Of a stretch of DNA of 64,000 bases, positions 30,094-45,363 are shown in pieces (the first letter of the stretch is position 1; each line of letters starts with the position of its first letter). The stretch comes from Eledone cirrhosa (Eukaryota): the NCBI GenBank assembly GCA_964016885.1, contig OZ024747.1:4836001-4900000 (forward strand), in the 5' to 3' direction. The position numbers were made by a program, and so were the translations under genes. The notes beneath the pieces are model-generated. The model worked only from the letters and a program-made list of their open reading frames with translations, was not told where the DNA came from and searched no databases.

Positions 30094-30984
30094 ATACATA
30101 TATATACATACATACACATAGTCACATATATATATACATATATATACATATATAGTCACATACATATATACATATACATACATATATACATATATACATA
30201 CATGCATACGTACCTACATATACATAGTCACATACATACATACACATATATATATATACATACATAGACACTACTGACCCGCCACGAGCAAGCACGTGCG
30301 TTTACGCTCAAGCTCGTACGCGCTCACCTTTCCGCTCTCACGCACCAGCCATGCGCGTGCAGGCACCTACACACACACACAGATATACACACACACACCA
30401 CCACCACACACACAGATACACACACACACACCACCACCACACACACAGATACACACACACACACCACCACCACACACGCACTCAAAGAGTGCCATACGCA
30501 TTCACGTGTCAGTGTTCCTTCCAAAAGAGCGAAAACAATATTAGGCACAAGTTAGCAGCCACGCGTTACATCTTATCAGATCCTCCTACCTCACCCCTCA
30601 CCCAACCACACCATGCCTGATATTATCTTAACCTCTATCACTCTCACCTCCTCCTTCTTCTTCTTCTTCTTCTTCTCACCCTCTCTTTCTCTCTCTCTCT
30701 CTCTCCCCTCTCTCACCCTCTCCGCCCTCTCTCTCTCTCTCTCACCCACGGTCACACTCTTCCAAACTGACCCCCCCCCGACACCTCACCCCTGCCCCTG
30801 CCAAAACTAATACCAACACTATCAGTTCCACCACAACCAATGCCACACCATTATACCATTACCATCAATAAATTCCTCTACCATCGTCACAACCAGCCTC
30901 TCTGTTACCATTCGGCGCCTGAATGGCTAAATGGATAAGAAGCACGCTTGACATCCACATGGTTTCGAGTTCAATCTCACTTCA

Positions 30985-31200
30985 TGTGCTACATGTGGTA
31001 ACATGTGGCACATATGGAAACATGCGGCAACATGTGGTACACGCGGGGTAACATGTGGTACACGCGGTAACACGTGCTAACATGTGGTACACGTGGTAAC
31101 ATGTGGTGTCCGCGGTAACACGCGGTAGCATGTGGTACACGCGGTGACACGTGGTAACATGTGGTAACATGTGGTAACATGTGGTGCATGTGGCAACATG
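30985..31200. repeat. 10-bp tandem repeat ACATGTGGTA / ACACGCGGTA
   Basis: About 20 degenerate copies. Confidence 0.85.
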
Positions 31201-31321
31201 AGATTGCATTCAGTTCTTGTTTTGAGAAGACACGATTGGATGAAGTGTTGTAGTGTTCAGAATTTGAAACATATAGTAAGGATGAAAAGAGGAAAAGAAA
31301 TGAGCACACTGAACAGGTTTA

Positions 31322-33366
31322 GATGGAGATGTGGAAGAGACAGATGGAGAAGTATATTCTGGTAGATGTGGAAGAGACAGATGGAGAAGTATATTCTGGT
31401 AGATGTGGAAGAGACCGATGGAGAAGTATATTCTGGTAGATGTGGAAGAGACAGATGGAGAAGTATATTCTGGTAGATGTGGAAGAGACAGATGGAGAAG
31501 TATATTCTCGTAGATGTGGAAGAGACCGATGGAGAAGTATATTCTGGTAGATGTGGAAGAGACAGATGGAGAAGTATATTCTCGTAGATGTGGAAGAGAC
31601 CGATGGAGAAGTATATTCTGGTAGATGTGGAAGAGACAGATGGAGAAGTATATTCTCGTAGATGTGGAAGAGACAGATGGAGAAGTATATTCTGGTAGAT
31701 GTGGAAGAGACAGATGGAGAAGTATATTCTGGTAGATGTGGAAGAGACAGATGGAGAAGTATATTCTCGTAGATGTGGAAGAGACAGATGGAGAAGTATA
31801 TTCTGGTAGATGTGGAAGAGACAGATGGAGAAGTATATTCTGGTAGATGTGGAAGAGACAGATGGAGAAGTATATTCTGGTAGATGTGGAAGAGACCGAT
31901 GGAGAAGTATATTCTGGTAGATGTGGAAGAGACAGATGGAGAAGTATATTCTGGTAGATGTGGAAGAGACAGATGGAGAAGTATATTCTCGTAGATGTGG
32001 AAGAGACCGATGGAGAAGTATATTCTGGTAGATGTGGAAGAGACAGATGGAGAAGTATATTCTCGTAGATGTGGAAGAGACCGATGGAGAAGTATATTCT
32101 GGTAGATGTGGAAGAGACAGATGGAGAAGTATATTCTCGTAGATGTGGAAGAGACAGATGGAGAAGTATATTCTGGTAGATGTGGAAGAGACAGATGGAG
32201 AAGTATATTCTGGTAGATGTGGAAGAGACAGATGGAGAAGTATATTCTCGTAGATGTGGAAGAGACAGATGGAGAAGTATATTCTGGTAGATGTGGAAGA
32301 GACAGATGGAGAAGTATATTCTGGTAGATGTGGAAGAGACAGATGGAGAAGTATATTCTGGTAGATGTGGAAGAGACCGATGGAGAAGTATATTCTGGTA
32401 GATGTGGAAGAGACCGATGGAGAAATATATTCTGGTAGATGTGGAAGAGACAGATGGAGAAGTATATTCTGGTAGATGTGGAAGAGACAGATGGAGAAGT
32501 ATATTCTGGTAGATGTGGAAGAGACCGATGGAGAAGTATATTCTGGTAGATGTGGAAGAGACAGATGGAGAAGTATATTCTGGTAGATGGGGAAGAGACA
32601 GATGGAGAAGTATATTCTGGTAGATGTGGAAGAGACCGATGGAGAAATATATTCTGGTAGATGTGGAAGAGACCGATGGAGAAGTATATTCTGGTAGATG
32701 TGGAAGAGACCGATGGAGAAGTATATTCTGGTAGATGTGGAAGAGACCGATGGAGAAGTATATTCTGGTAGATGTGGAAGAGACAGATGGAGAAGTATAT
32801 TCTGGTAGATGTGGAAGAGACAGATGGAGAAGTATATTCTGGTAGATGTGGAAGAGACCGATGGAGAAATATATTCTGGTAGATGTGGAAGAGACCGATG
32901 GAGAAGTATATTCTGGTAGATGTGGAAGAGACCGATGGAGAAGTATATTCTGGTAGATGTGGAAGAGACCGATGGAGAAGTATATTCTGGTAGATGTGGA
33001 AGAGACAGATGGAGAAGTATATTCTGGTAGATGTGGAAGAGACAGATGGAGAAGTATATTCTGGTAGATGTGGAAGAGACAGATGGAGAAATATATTCTG
33101 GTAGATGTGGAAGAGACCGATGGAGAAGTATATTCTGGTAGATGTGGAAGAGACCGATGGAGAAGTATATTCTGGTAGATGTGGAAGAGACCGATGGAGA
33201 AGTATATTCTGGTAGATGTGGAAGAGACCGATGGAGAAGTATATTCTGGTAGATGTGGAAGAGACCGATGGAGAAGTATATTCTGGTAGATGTGGAAGAG
33301 ACCGATGGAGAAATATATTCTGGTAGATGTGGAAGAGACCGATGGAGAAGTATATTCTGGTAGATG
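31322..33366. repeat. 37-bp minisatellite GATGGAGAAGTATATTCTGGTAGATGTGGAAGAGAC(A/C), ~55 copies
   Basis: Head-to-tail units; the 721-aa minus-strand ORF has a 37-aa period equal to 3 units. Confidence 0.97.
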
Positions 33367-33481
33367 ATACGACATCTTGGCCTCTAAAAAATGTCCTTCT
33401 TTAGCAGGCAGAGTTGAACTGGGGTTAACAACGTCGAAACTGTCTCCACTACTACACTTAAAATACTCAACTAACTCACAA

Positions 33482-33517
<36 letters not shown>

Positions 33518-33522
33518 CTCTC

Positions 33523-33563
<41 letters not shown>

Positions 33564-33832
33564 CTCTATCTAACTATCTTTTTCTCTCTCTCGTCCCTTC
33601 CATCTATCTCTATCTATCTATCTATCTCTATCTTCTCTTCCACCTCTCTCCCTCTTTAAATATCTCTCTCTCTCTACACACACACACAGATATACACACA
33701 TACATATATACACACATACAAATACAGTCACACACACACACGCACACACATATGCATACACATACACACAACACACACTTGAGCACTAACAAACGAACAC
33801 ACAAACGTCCACATCTATAAAAACACACATTA

Positions 33833-33878
<46 letters not shown>

Positions 33879-34394
33879 AGTCAATCATGTGTATCCATTG
33901 TGCGGCGGCGTGGCTACATGGTTCAGAGGTTCACTTCACCACCAAACACACACATACATAATTCATATCTAACCATCATTACTACCAGCAGCTGCCTCTC
34001 TCTACATGCCAAATATTACCATTAGCTGCCTCACACCTTTACCCCCCCCCCCCTCTCCCCTTGTTTAACACCTCATTCTCCTCCCTTTCTTACTTTTTCT
34101 TTCTTTATCAGCTTTAATTGTGTCCGTCTCAAAAGCCGGATAATACCTTCCCCACTAAACTCCCCTGTGAGAGAAAAATTAAGATAAAACTAGAAAATAT
34201 CTATAAACATTCAGGAATTGAACCAACTTCTATAGTTTTAAGTATCCTTAAGACAACTACTATTGTTATCTTACTCAAATAAGAGTCATGTCTGTTTCCC
34301 AAAGGGAAATCTCTACATTCAAAATAAAGGGCCACTATGCCTTCTCACTGTTCAATCTAAATAACAGAGTTAAAGAAATGTTAAGGGTTATGTT

Positions 34395-34765
34395 AGGGTC
34401 AATATAGAGTAGTATGTTATACTGTTATGCTGTAGTCAATATAGAGTACAATGTTATACGGTAGTCAATATAGAGTAGTATGTTATACTATGGTCAATAT
34501 AGAGTAGTATGTTATACTATGGTCAATATATAGTAGAATGTTATACTGTAGTCAATATAGACTAGTATGTTATACTGTAGTCAATATAGAGTAGTATGTT
34601 ATACTATTCTATACCATAGAATATAGGGTTATAGTATGTCATAGTATAGTTAACAGTGAAAATAGGGTTATAGTATGTCATAGTATAGATAATATAGAGT
34701 TATAGAGTATAGTATGTCATAGTATAGATAACAGTGAAAATAGGGTTATAGTATGTCCAATATAG
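34395..34765. repeat. Degenerate ~29-bp tandem repeat GTCAATATAGAGTAGTATGTTATACTGTA
   Basis: Direct reading. Confidence 0.8.
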
Positions 34766-35415
34766 AGAACCTGGTCATACTATGTTGAAGTTAGATAACA
34801 TGAAGAGACAATAGGCAATAGAGATAGTTAGAAAATGGTTAGTATGATGTACTATGGCCAATGTAGATAAACTAGCCATACTATGAAGTTAGATAACAGG
34901 GAGAGACAATAGTCAACAGAGATACAGGATGGTCACAACTGGATACTTCTCTTACATTACTGGTCTTCTCAATTAAGAATGACCTGTGGCTATAAACAAC
35001 AACATCGTTGGTGGTAAAATCCTTAATGAGAAAAGCCTTTAGTTTCTCCACAAAAGAAGCATTAAGTGAAGTGACTAGAATATGAGAAACGGTCGTCAAT
35101 AAGAGATGTACAGGAATAATTTATGAGACAACACTACTGAACAACAATACACAAACGTATCCAACACAATAAAGACACCAGACACTGCTAACATGCATTG
35201 AAAAACAAATGATTTCGCACATAAAATGAATTCCATGTACCAATTGCATAATGGCTGCTGTCAAATACTCATGAAATACAATGTAACATACATTACATCC
35301 AATCAGAGACAAGCATGAATAATATATAATGGGTGTAGGCTGGGTTTTGTGGGGAAGAATTTGCCTTTGCAGGCACGTGGTGTCAGGTTCAATACCTCTA
35401 CATGGAACACTGGAC

Positions 35416-35586
35416 AATTTTGGCACAAGGACAACAATTACCCAGAGCATTACTGGTACTTTATTTTATCGACCACGTAAGGATGAAAGGCAAAGTTAAC
35501 CTCGGCGGGATTTGAACTCAGAAAGTAAAGGACCGTAACTCTATGCTGCAAAGCATGGCGTCCGACCCTCTACCGATACTGCCAAT
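35416..35586 (-). mobile_element. SINE family A inserted into an older SINE (head at 35330-35415)
   Basis: Family A reverse complement interrupts a degenerate tRNA-like head (..CAGGTTCAATACC..). Confidence 0.75.
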
Positions 35587-35694
35587 CGTTTCGACCAAAG
35601 TGATGACTGCAGCCATGCTGGACACCACCTTGATGTAGTTGGGCATCTCGACCCCAGTTCTTATATTTCCAGGTCAGGTATACATTCATACATA

Positions 35695-35762
<68 letters not shown>

Positions 35763-37065
35763 CATATATATATTAGCTAAGGTACAGTAGGATTCAACAC
35801 AACCATATGTGCTTGCTCTTGGCTGTTCCTCACATGTCCGGAAAGGCTCTTTTGTGTGGAGGGGACACCAGCAGTTGCCAATGCATGTCTCCTTTGTTGA
35901 AGCTACCCGTGTTGTCCAATGGTGGGGCAAGGGCAGATGAGCTAAAAGCACATAATGATGTACTGTAAGTTATCGCTACCTACGATGATAAAAAGAAGAG
36001 GCTGCACGTGTCACCAATTTTAGAAAATATACTGAAACTGACAAAATGAAATAAATTTGTATCGAAACAAAATATTAGTTAAAAACCCAAACTTTCTTGC
36101 ATAGAACTCCTCTGAATCAAAAGGTAACACATATGGTATCTTAGCAACAGACTAACACCAGACACTATGGTTAAACTATTACCTGAAAGAAACCCAAAGT
36201 CAAAGGTCAAATAGACAATAAACATCAAACATTTTAAGGTCTGCCAATAAAACCACAATAAAAATCGAATTTTTAAAGAGCTTTGTTTTATTTCAATTAT
36301 TTCAAACTTCTGTCTATAATCAATAAAGTTTTCATATTTCCTCTCGTGTCCACAATAGTTTATAGGAGGAAAGTAAGGAAACCAGGGACCTCTCTAGTAG
36401 TTACTCAATATGTTGTGTTTTGTTTTCCTCTTTTGCTATATATTCGAAAAGTGCTTCCCTATAACATTTTCCAGGGTCTCCGAAAGTGATGGGAAGAAGA
36501 GGGAAAGAAAGTATCCTCAGACCGAAGTCTTTCTCTGAATGTTAGTAACCTGAGGAGTTCTGATCTGGCCCCAAACCTTTCAGCAAAGTAATCCTCAAAC
36601 ATATCACGACAAACAGTGCTGAACTTAACTATGAGCTAAATAAGCTATAGCTTAGGGCCTCACTCTTTATCATTAACATTTTCATTAAAAAAAATGATAA
36701 TCATGTATAATTATTTTAAATTTTTTTACCCGAAGTTTTTAGAGAAGGGCCACATATTTCATAGAGCTTGGACCTCAGCAGGCGAAAGTCTGGCTCTGAC
36801 ACCTATTAGGTGATGGATTACGTTTACCACCCAAATAGGCCCACACAGCCATCGGTCTAGCAGAGCCGGTAATCCATCGGCTCCCCAAAAAGGTTAAACA
36901 AAGTCGACCTCGGTGGTATTTGATCTCCCGGCACAGACATCCGGATCAAATACGCTGTCGGACGTCGATAGAAATCAGAAATTCATTTTTACATACAAAA
37001 CGTACTCTTCTTATATGGATAACCACAATAAACATAGTTATAACTAGAAAACAGTTGTGTTTTCG

Positions 37066-37510
37066 GTGGAGAGGAAAGTGCTGTCTTCCTACAAGTTTCT
37101 TCAAATGTGGGTGAGAATGGCCAGTATGGTTCGACTGAATGATCCTGCTCTGAGTATGTGCCTGTAAATTGTAGCACAACTGGGAGAGGGCACTCTCTCT
37201 AGCGGTCAGGTTAACCTTGGCCATTTATGAGCTTTGTCGATGAGTGACCGCCACGGGTCGCCCTCTATTGTGGAATTTAATATGTTTGCTTTTTAAATGT
37301 CAATGTTTTTAGTCTATGTTAGAAACATTGACCTGTGTCGTTTTTATTGACTGCTTAATGTCAGCCCTTTGTGTGTGAATATGTATATAATTGTATATGC
37401 TGGTGTGTTTTAAGCCATGTCTTGCTATATATTTTAAAACTGCTGTGTAGAGTTGCGTCCCTTTATGTCGAATGATAACTTAGATTGTCGATAAAGAGAT
37501 GCTGATAAAG
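37066..37510 (+). mobile_element. Tx1/L1-like LINE 3' end (ORF2 terminus plus 3' UTR)
   Basis: 37066-37167 reads VERKVLSSYKFLQMWVRMASMVRLNDPALSMCL*, resembling Tx1-type ORF2 termini (E+..L....F...W); followed by a T-rich UTR. Family assignment is from memory. Confidence 0.5.
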
Positions 37511-37887
37511 TGCCATAGTGAAATGTGTTCTGGTGTTAGACTAAAAGCCCACAAGTCATTGCCCATGTATGAACACTGTCTAATTTACTGAAATATTAAT
37601 TTAACTTGATCTTATCTATATAGAATACACAAACATACTGGCGCAAACACACAGACATGCAAAACTGCACACACACATACAAAACTGCACACACACATGC
37701 ATGCACAGACACACACATTCAAGCGTATACACACATACACACACAAACATATCGGCATACACGCATACCCATACATGTATATGTGTGTGTGTGTGCGTAG
37801 TATGTGCTTGTGTGTGTCTGTGTGTGTGCGTGTGCTTGAGTATATGTTGTATATATATGTAAGTATATATATGTAAGTATAATGATT

Positions 37888-37888
37888 T

Positions 37889-37938
<50 letters not shown>

Positions 37939-37993
37939 TCTCTCCTCCCTCTCTCTCTCCCTCTCTCTCTCTCCCCTTCCTCTCTCTCTCTCT

Positions 37994-38061
<68 letters not shown>

Positions 38062-38067
38062 TCTCTC

Positions 38068-38106
<39 letters not shown>

Positions 38107-38712
38107 TTCTCTCTCTCTCCTGTCACGCTGTGTCTGTGTATGTCTGTACATATCTTCCTCTGTGTCTGTGTGTCTGTACCACTACATCTGTATCAATATA
38201 TATTGTAAGTGTGTTCGATATCAATAACAGCGGCTGTGAGTGGGTGTGTAGCTGTCTCCATATAGAGTCAGCTTTTTTATCTTGTTTCTCTACACATTTG
38301 TGTGTGAGTGTGTGAGTGTGTGTTGTGTGTTTTGTGTGTGTTGTGTGTGTTGTGTGTGTTGTGTGTGTTGTGTGTTGTGTGTTGAGTGTGTGTTGTGTGT
38401 GAGTGAGTGTGTTGTGTGTGTTGTGTGTGTGTGTGTTGTGTGTGAGTGTGTGTTGTGTGTGAGTGTGTGTTGTGTGTGTGTGTTGTGTGTTGTGTGTGAG
38501 TGTGTGTTGTGTGGTGTGTGTGTTGTTTGTGTGTTGTTGTGTGTTGTGTGTGAGTGTGTGTTGTGTGTGTGTGTGTGTGTTGTGTGTGTTGTGTGTGAGT
38601 GTGTGTTGTGTGTGTGTGTTGTTTGTGTGTTGTGTGTGAGTGTGTGTTGTGTATGTGTGTTTGTGTGTGTGCGTTGTGTGTGTGTTGTGAGCGTGTTGTG
38701 TGTGTGTGTATG
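37888..38712. repeat. (CT)n and (TG)n/TTGTG microsatellite blocks
   Basis: Direct reading. Confidence 0.9.
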
Positions 38713-39074
38713 TGTTGCTATTTAGACCCAAGTATTGCATTTGTGATCTTCCCACTTGTTCTTACATGTCCAAGATCCTAGGATCAAATTCTCCAAATGT
38801 TTCTTTCTTAGACGATGGTGTATCATTTGAAGTGGTTTTAGCTGCTATATCTAGTAGATCAAATGACCACGTTGATTCTCCCTCATTCAAGTTGTCACGT
38901 GTAAACATGTCATATGGAAACTTTGCGAATATCTTCTACACAGTCAACAATAGGGTTGTACGTCCCAAGTAACATAGCTAAAACAGGACTAAGAAAACAA
39001 GAACTGAGTAAACGAGTTGAACTCTATTTGGACCTGCTACAAATAACACCTGAATGTTCCTTAAGTATGGTGAA

Positions 39075-39415
39075 GGCGGGTGAGTTGCTGGATAGAGCGT
39101 AGGTTTCATAATCCTGAGGTTGTGAGTTCGATTCCCGGGCCGGGTTCTGCGTTGCGTCTTTGAACAAGAAACGATATTTCACGTTGCTCCAATTTACTCA
39201 GCTGTAGAAATAAGTTGCAACATCACTGGTACCAAAGCTGTATCGGTCTTTATCTTTCTCTTGGACATCATCAGTGGCGTGGAGAGGGGTGTCTGACTTG
39301 CATAGGCGAGAAATGCTCTTTCATAAACAACCTTGCTCGGGCTTGTTGCCCTCGGAAAGGAATCTTTCTGCATGTAAAACCCATGGTCATTCGCGACCGA
39401 AGGAATTCATAACCT
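39075..39415 (+). mobile_element. SINE related to family B, same head with a different 3' body
   Basis: GAGTTCGATTCCCGGGCCGGG...TTTCACGTTGCTCC shared with 21748-21962, then diverges. Confidence 0.7.
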
Positions 39416-40077
39416 TTCATTGTTTTTATTCCTCGAATCACACCCAACAGTCTTAAAATAAGGGCAATTTGACTAATGCATTTCTGTGTTTGTATAAAAG
39501 ATGTGATATTCACGAATGGTACACGTTTGATCATATCCTTGTTAAATCAGTGCTACGCTGGCTATAAGGGGTCGAAAATACCAAGGTCCAACTCAACGGC
39601 CGACGACCCTGAAGTTCTGAAACTTTCATTTGATTCTTATTTTTTTTAATAATTTTTTCAAGGTTCCCCTTAAAAAATTGTTTTTCCTTTAGCCTTGTTT
39701 CCGTTCGTTGTCTTCTCCTTACTTTGTTAATTTTCTAATATTTATTTAGACCCTAACGTAATACTTGTAAATAACTGGGTTTATTATTGTCTCCTCCTCG
39801 CAGTAATTCTTCACATATTTCCCCAAGCTTTGATCTGTTTTCTTCTACTCGCTCTATTTAGCCGTCTTTCAGTTAATCTAATACTTTTAACTTCAGTTTC
39901 TGTTGCCTCCTATATTACTTGTTGTCATTTTACAGCCGTTTTTCTCAACATAGGTTTCTTGTGATAATCGTACTTAATCGTTGAGTGAGAGAGAATGAGA
40001 GAGAGTGTTACATGGTAGATTTAGAGAGGGGGATAGTTTGGTGATAATTGATATAGAGAAGGGGATTGGGAGAGAGT

Positions 40078-40213
40078 TCGGATCCAGCTGTCGAAACGGC
40101 CGGAGCACAGCCATCGGTGTCCTGACTCTTTTCCTATTACCCACTCTACTACTCTAAGTATTGAGTACTCTGGTGCATTATGGTCCACCTGGTATCTTAC
40201 CACACCCTCTTTG

Positions 40214-40255
<42 letters not shown>

Positions 40256-40432
40256 ATGTTCAAGACCCCGACGGCAGAGCTCAAGCCGTTTCGACGGCTA
40301 TTTCTGGACTGAAATGGCCGTCGAATCGGTTTGAGCTCTGCCGTCGGGGTCTTGAACATTTTCCTACTACCCTAAGTATTGAGTACTCTGGTGCGTTATG
40401 GTCCATCTGGTTCCTTACCACACTTCCTTCGT
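40078..40432. mobile_element. Two 'GAGCTC' family copies (40078-40215; fold-back 40252-40432) separated by (TA)n
   Basis: Shared TACTACCCTAAGTATTGAGTACTCTGGTGC.TTATGGTCCA body; palindrome 40252-40363. Confidence 0.75.
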
Positions 40433-40628
40433 TTACACTGGGTAATTGCTGGCCTTGTGCCAAAAGTAGAAACAGTTATATATATATATACAGAGAGAGA
40501 GAAGGAGAGAGAGAGAGAGACAAAGAGGGTGAGAGAGATAGAGAAAAAATAGATCGGGATTTTACCCGTTTTAACCAGTCAGCAAGGTACTCTGGACTTG
40601 GGATTGTAGAGTAGTATATATATATATA

Positions 40629-40670
<42 letters not shown>

Positions 40671-41269
40671 ACGCGTGTTTGCATGTGCGCGTGTTTGCAT
40701 GTGCGCGTGCGTGTGTGTCTAAGTGTGTGTATGTGTGTTTATCAGTTTACTACTTAAACATATCATGAATGAAATCAACTGGAATAACGTGTGTTACATA
40801 GTTATATGATTGGGTGGTGGTGTACAGCGCCTGGTGGCGGCTTGTGATTCCCATGCACCAAGATTACATGGATATAAACCATTCAGGAACAGACAACTCA
40901 CTATAGAAGAGTGTTGAATGAAGAGCCGTGCCTTCAGCTCCAGACACCCACACTCCGTTCATTACAATACAATACTCACATATACACTCACCAACATTCC
41001 ATTCTTCTATTTCTCTCTCTCCCCCCTCCCCCCTCTTTCTCTCTCTCTCTCAATCTCCCTCTTTATCTCCTCCATCTCTCTCTCTTCCCGTCTCTCTCAA
41101 TATCACTCTCACTCCATTCTCTCTCTCTCCCTCTCTCATCCATACTCCCCCCACCATCGCCTCTCTCTACCCCTCCCCCTCTCTATCTCTCAATCACTCT
41201 CTCTCCTTCATTCTCACCCACTCTCCCTGTCTCAGCTAACATGCCTATATACACACACATACTACATTT

Positions 41270-43355
41270 ACATATGTATACTCACACATACTACAAGTAT
41301 ATATTTATATACACACACATACTACAAGTACATATTTATATACACACACACATACTACAAGTATATATTTATATACACACACATACTACAAGTACATATG
41401 TATATACACACACATACTACAAGTATATATTTATATACACACACATACTACAAGTACATATTTATATACTCACACATACTACAAGTACATATTTATATAC
41501 TCACACATACTACAAGTATATATTTATATACACACACATACTACAAGTACATATTTATATACTCACACATACTACAAGTACATATGTATATACACACACA
41601 TACTACAAGTACATATGTATATACTCACACATACTACAAGTATATATTTATATACAAACACATATACTACAAGTACATATGTATATACACACATTCTACA
41701 AGTACATATGTATATACACACATACTACAAGTATATATTTATATACACACATTCTACAAGTACATATGTATATACACACATTCTACAAGTACATATGTAT
41801 ATACACACATACTACAAGTATATATTTATATACACACATACTACAAGTATATATTTATATACACACATACTACAAGTATATATTTATATACACACATACT
41901 ACAAGTATATATTTATATACACATATACTACAAGTATATATTTATATACACACATACTACAAGTATATATTTATATACACACACATACTACAAGTATATA
42001 TTTATATACACACACACATACTACAAGTATATATTTATATACACACATACTACAAGTATATATTTATATACACACATATACTACAAGTATATATTTATAT
42101 ACACACATACTACAAGTATATATTTATATACACACACATACTACAAGTATATATTTATATACACACACACATACTACAAGTATATATTTATATACACACA
42201 CACATACTACAAGTATATATTTATATACACACATACTACAAGTACATATTTATATACACACATACTACAAGTATATATTTATATACAAAGACATACTACA
42301 AGTATATATTTATATACACACACACATACTACAAGTATATATTTATATACACACACACATACTACAAGTACATATTTATATACACACACACATACTACAA
42401 GTATATATTCATATACACACACATACTACAAGTATATATTTATATACACACACACATACTACAAGTATATATTTATATACACACATACTACAAGTATATA
42501 TTTATATACACACATATACTACAAGTATATATTTATATACACACACATACTACAAGTACATATTTATATACACACATACTACAAGTATATATTTATATAC
42601 ACACACACATACTACAAGTATATATTTATATACACACTCACATACTACAAGTATATATTTATATACACACACATACTACAAGAATATATTTATATACACA
42701 CACATACTACAAGTACATATTTATATACACACATACTACAAGTATATATTTATATACACACACATACTACAAGTATATATTTATATACACACACACATAC
42801 TACAAGTATATATTTATATACACACATACTACAAGTATATATTTATATACACACATATACTACAAGTATATATTTATATACACACACATACTATAAGTAC
42901 ATATTTATATACACACATACTACAAGTATATATTTATATACACACACACATACTACAAGTATATATTTATATACACACTCACATACTACAAGTATATATT
43001 TATATACACACACATACTACAAGAATATATTTATATACACACACATACTACAAGTACATATTTATATACACACATACTACAAGTATATATTTATATACAC
43101 ACACATACTACAAGTATATATTTATATACACACACATACTACAAGTATATATTTATATACACACACACATACTACAAGTACATATTTATATACACACATA
43201 CTACAAGTATATATTTATATACACACACACATACTACAAGTATATATTTATATACACACACATACTATAAGTATATATTTATATACACACTCACATACTA
43301 CAAGTACATATTTATATACACACATACTACAAGTATATATTTATATACACACTCA
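41270..43355. repeat. ~30-bp minisatellite ATACTACAAGTA(T/C)ATATTTATAT(AC)n, ~65 copies
   Basis: Direct reading. Confidence 0.95.
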
Positions 43356-43584
43356 CATGTTCTGATTGCTCATTACCACATGATATAGTTATACATTCAT
43401 CCTTGCCCATACAGACACATAGACACACACACATGTATACATGTACACACACATGTACACACACATGTACACACACAGCACATACATGCACATGTACACA
43501 GTCACATGCACATAGAGACATATGCACACACACACACACACACACACACACGAGTCAAATATCACGTGTGTGGTTATGTCTTTT

Positions 43585-43975
43585 TGTGTGTGTGTGTGCG
43601 TGTATGTAGCTGTTTGCATGTGAGTATGTGTATATGTGTGCATGTGAGTGTGTGTGTGTATGTGTGTGTGTGTGTGCATGTGAGTGTGAGTTTGTGTGTG
43701 TGTATGTGTGGGTGTGTGTGTATGTGTATGTGTGTGTGTGTATATGTGTGTGTATGTGTGCATGTGTGTGTGTGGGTATGTATGTGTGTGTGTATGTGTG
43801 TGTGTATGTGTGTGTATGTGTGTGTATGTGTGTGTGTGTGTGTTCATGTGTGTGTGTGTGTGTGTATGTGTTTGTGTGTGTGCATGTGTGTGTATGTGTG
43901 TGTGTGTGTGTGTATGTTTATGTGTCTGTGTGTATGTGTGTGTGTGTGTGAATGTGTGTGTATGTGTGTATGTGC

Positions 43976-44006
<31 letters not shown>

Positions 44007-44170
44007 TGTGTGTGTGTGTATGTGTGTATGTGTGTATGTGTGTATGTGTGTATGTGTGTGTGTGTGTGAATGTGTGTGTATGTGTGTATGTGCGTGTGTG
44101 TGTGTGTGTGTGTGTATGTGCGTGTGTGTGTGTGTATGTGTGTATGTGTGTGTGTGTGTATGTGTGTGTA

Positions 44171-44202
<32 letters not shown>

Positions 44203-44317
44203 TGTATGAGTGTGTGTGTATGTGCGTATGTGTGTGTGTATGTGTGTATGTGTGTGTGTGTGTGTGTATGTGTGTGTATGTGCGTGTGTGTGTGTGTATG
44301 TGTGTATGTGTGTATGT

Positions 44318-44356
<39 letters not shown>

Positions 44357-44980
44357 TGTATGTGTGTATGTGTGTATGTGTGTATGTGTGTGTGTGTGTG
44401 TATGTGTGTGTATGAGTGTGTGTGTATGTGTATGTGTGTGTGTTCAACATTAATGGTGTTTCAAACATGGATTACTCAGTAGAAAACTATCTGGAATGGA
44501 TCAGATGAATAAAAGTCAGCTGACTTAACGTACAGTAGTAGTGGTAGTGGTGGTGGTGGTGGTAGTGGTGGTGGTGGTGGTGGTGGTGGTGGTGGTGGTG
44601 GTGGTGGTGGTGGTGGTGGTGGTGGTTGTAGTAGTGGTGGTTGTAGTAGTGGTGGTGGTGGTGGTGGTGGTGGTGGTGGTGGTGGTAGTAGTAGTGGTGG
44701 TAGCGGTAGTAGTAGTAGTAGTGGTAGTAGTGGTAGTGGTGGTAGTAGTAGTGGTAGTAGTAGTGGTGGTGGTGGTGGTAGTAGTAGTAGTAGTAGTGGT
44801 GGTGGTGGTGGTGGTGGTGGTGGTGGTGGTGGTAGTAGTAGTGGTGGTAGCGGTAGTAGTAGTAGTAGTGGTAGTAGTGGTAGTGGTGGTAGTAGTAGTG
44901 GTAGTAGTAGTGGTGGTGGTGGTGGTAGTAGTAGTAGTAGTAGTGGTGGTGGTGGTGGTGGTGGTGGTGGTGGTGGTGGC

Positions 44981-45022
<42 letters not shown>

Positions 45023-45325
45023 TGTGTTGGTGGTGGTGGTGGTAGTAGTAGTATTAGTGGTGGTGATGTTGGTGGTGGTGGTGGTAGTAGTAGTAGTAGT
45101 AGTTGTAGTAGTAGTAGTAGTGGTGGTGGTAGTGGTGGTAGTAGTGGTTGTAGTAGTAGTAGTGGTGTTGGTGGTGGTGGTGGTGGTGGTGGTGGTGGTG
45201 GTGGTGGTGGTAGTGGTAGTAGTAGTAGTAGTGGTGGTAGTGGTGGTAGTAGTAGTAGTAGTAGTGGTGGTGGTGGTGGTGGTAGTAGTAGTAGCGGTGG
45301 GGGTGGGGTGGGGGTGGTAGTAGTT

Positions 45326-45363
<38 letters not shown>

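Noticed and set aside
31210-33375. 721-aa ORF, and possible CRISPR array given the 37-bp period
   Set aside because: Units are head-to-tail with no unique spacers and no cas genes; the ORF cycles through all three frames of a stop-free repeat.
40824-40840. CTCF-like motif AGCGCCTGGTGGCG
   Set aside because: Three bases shorter than the consensus core spacing.
40911-43365. 551-815 aa ORFs
   Set aside because: Open in all three frames because of the minisatellite; no coding signal.
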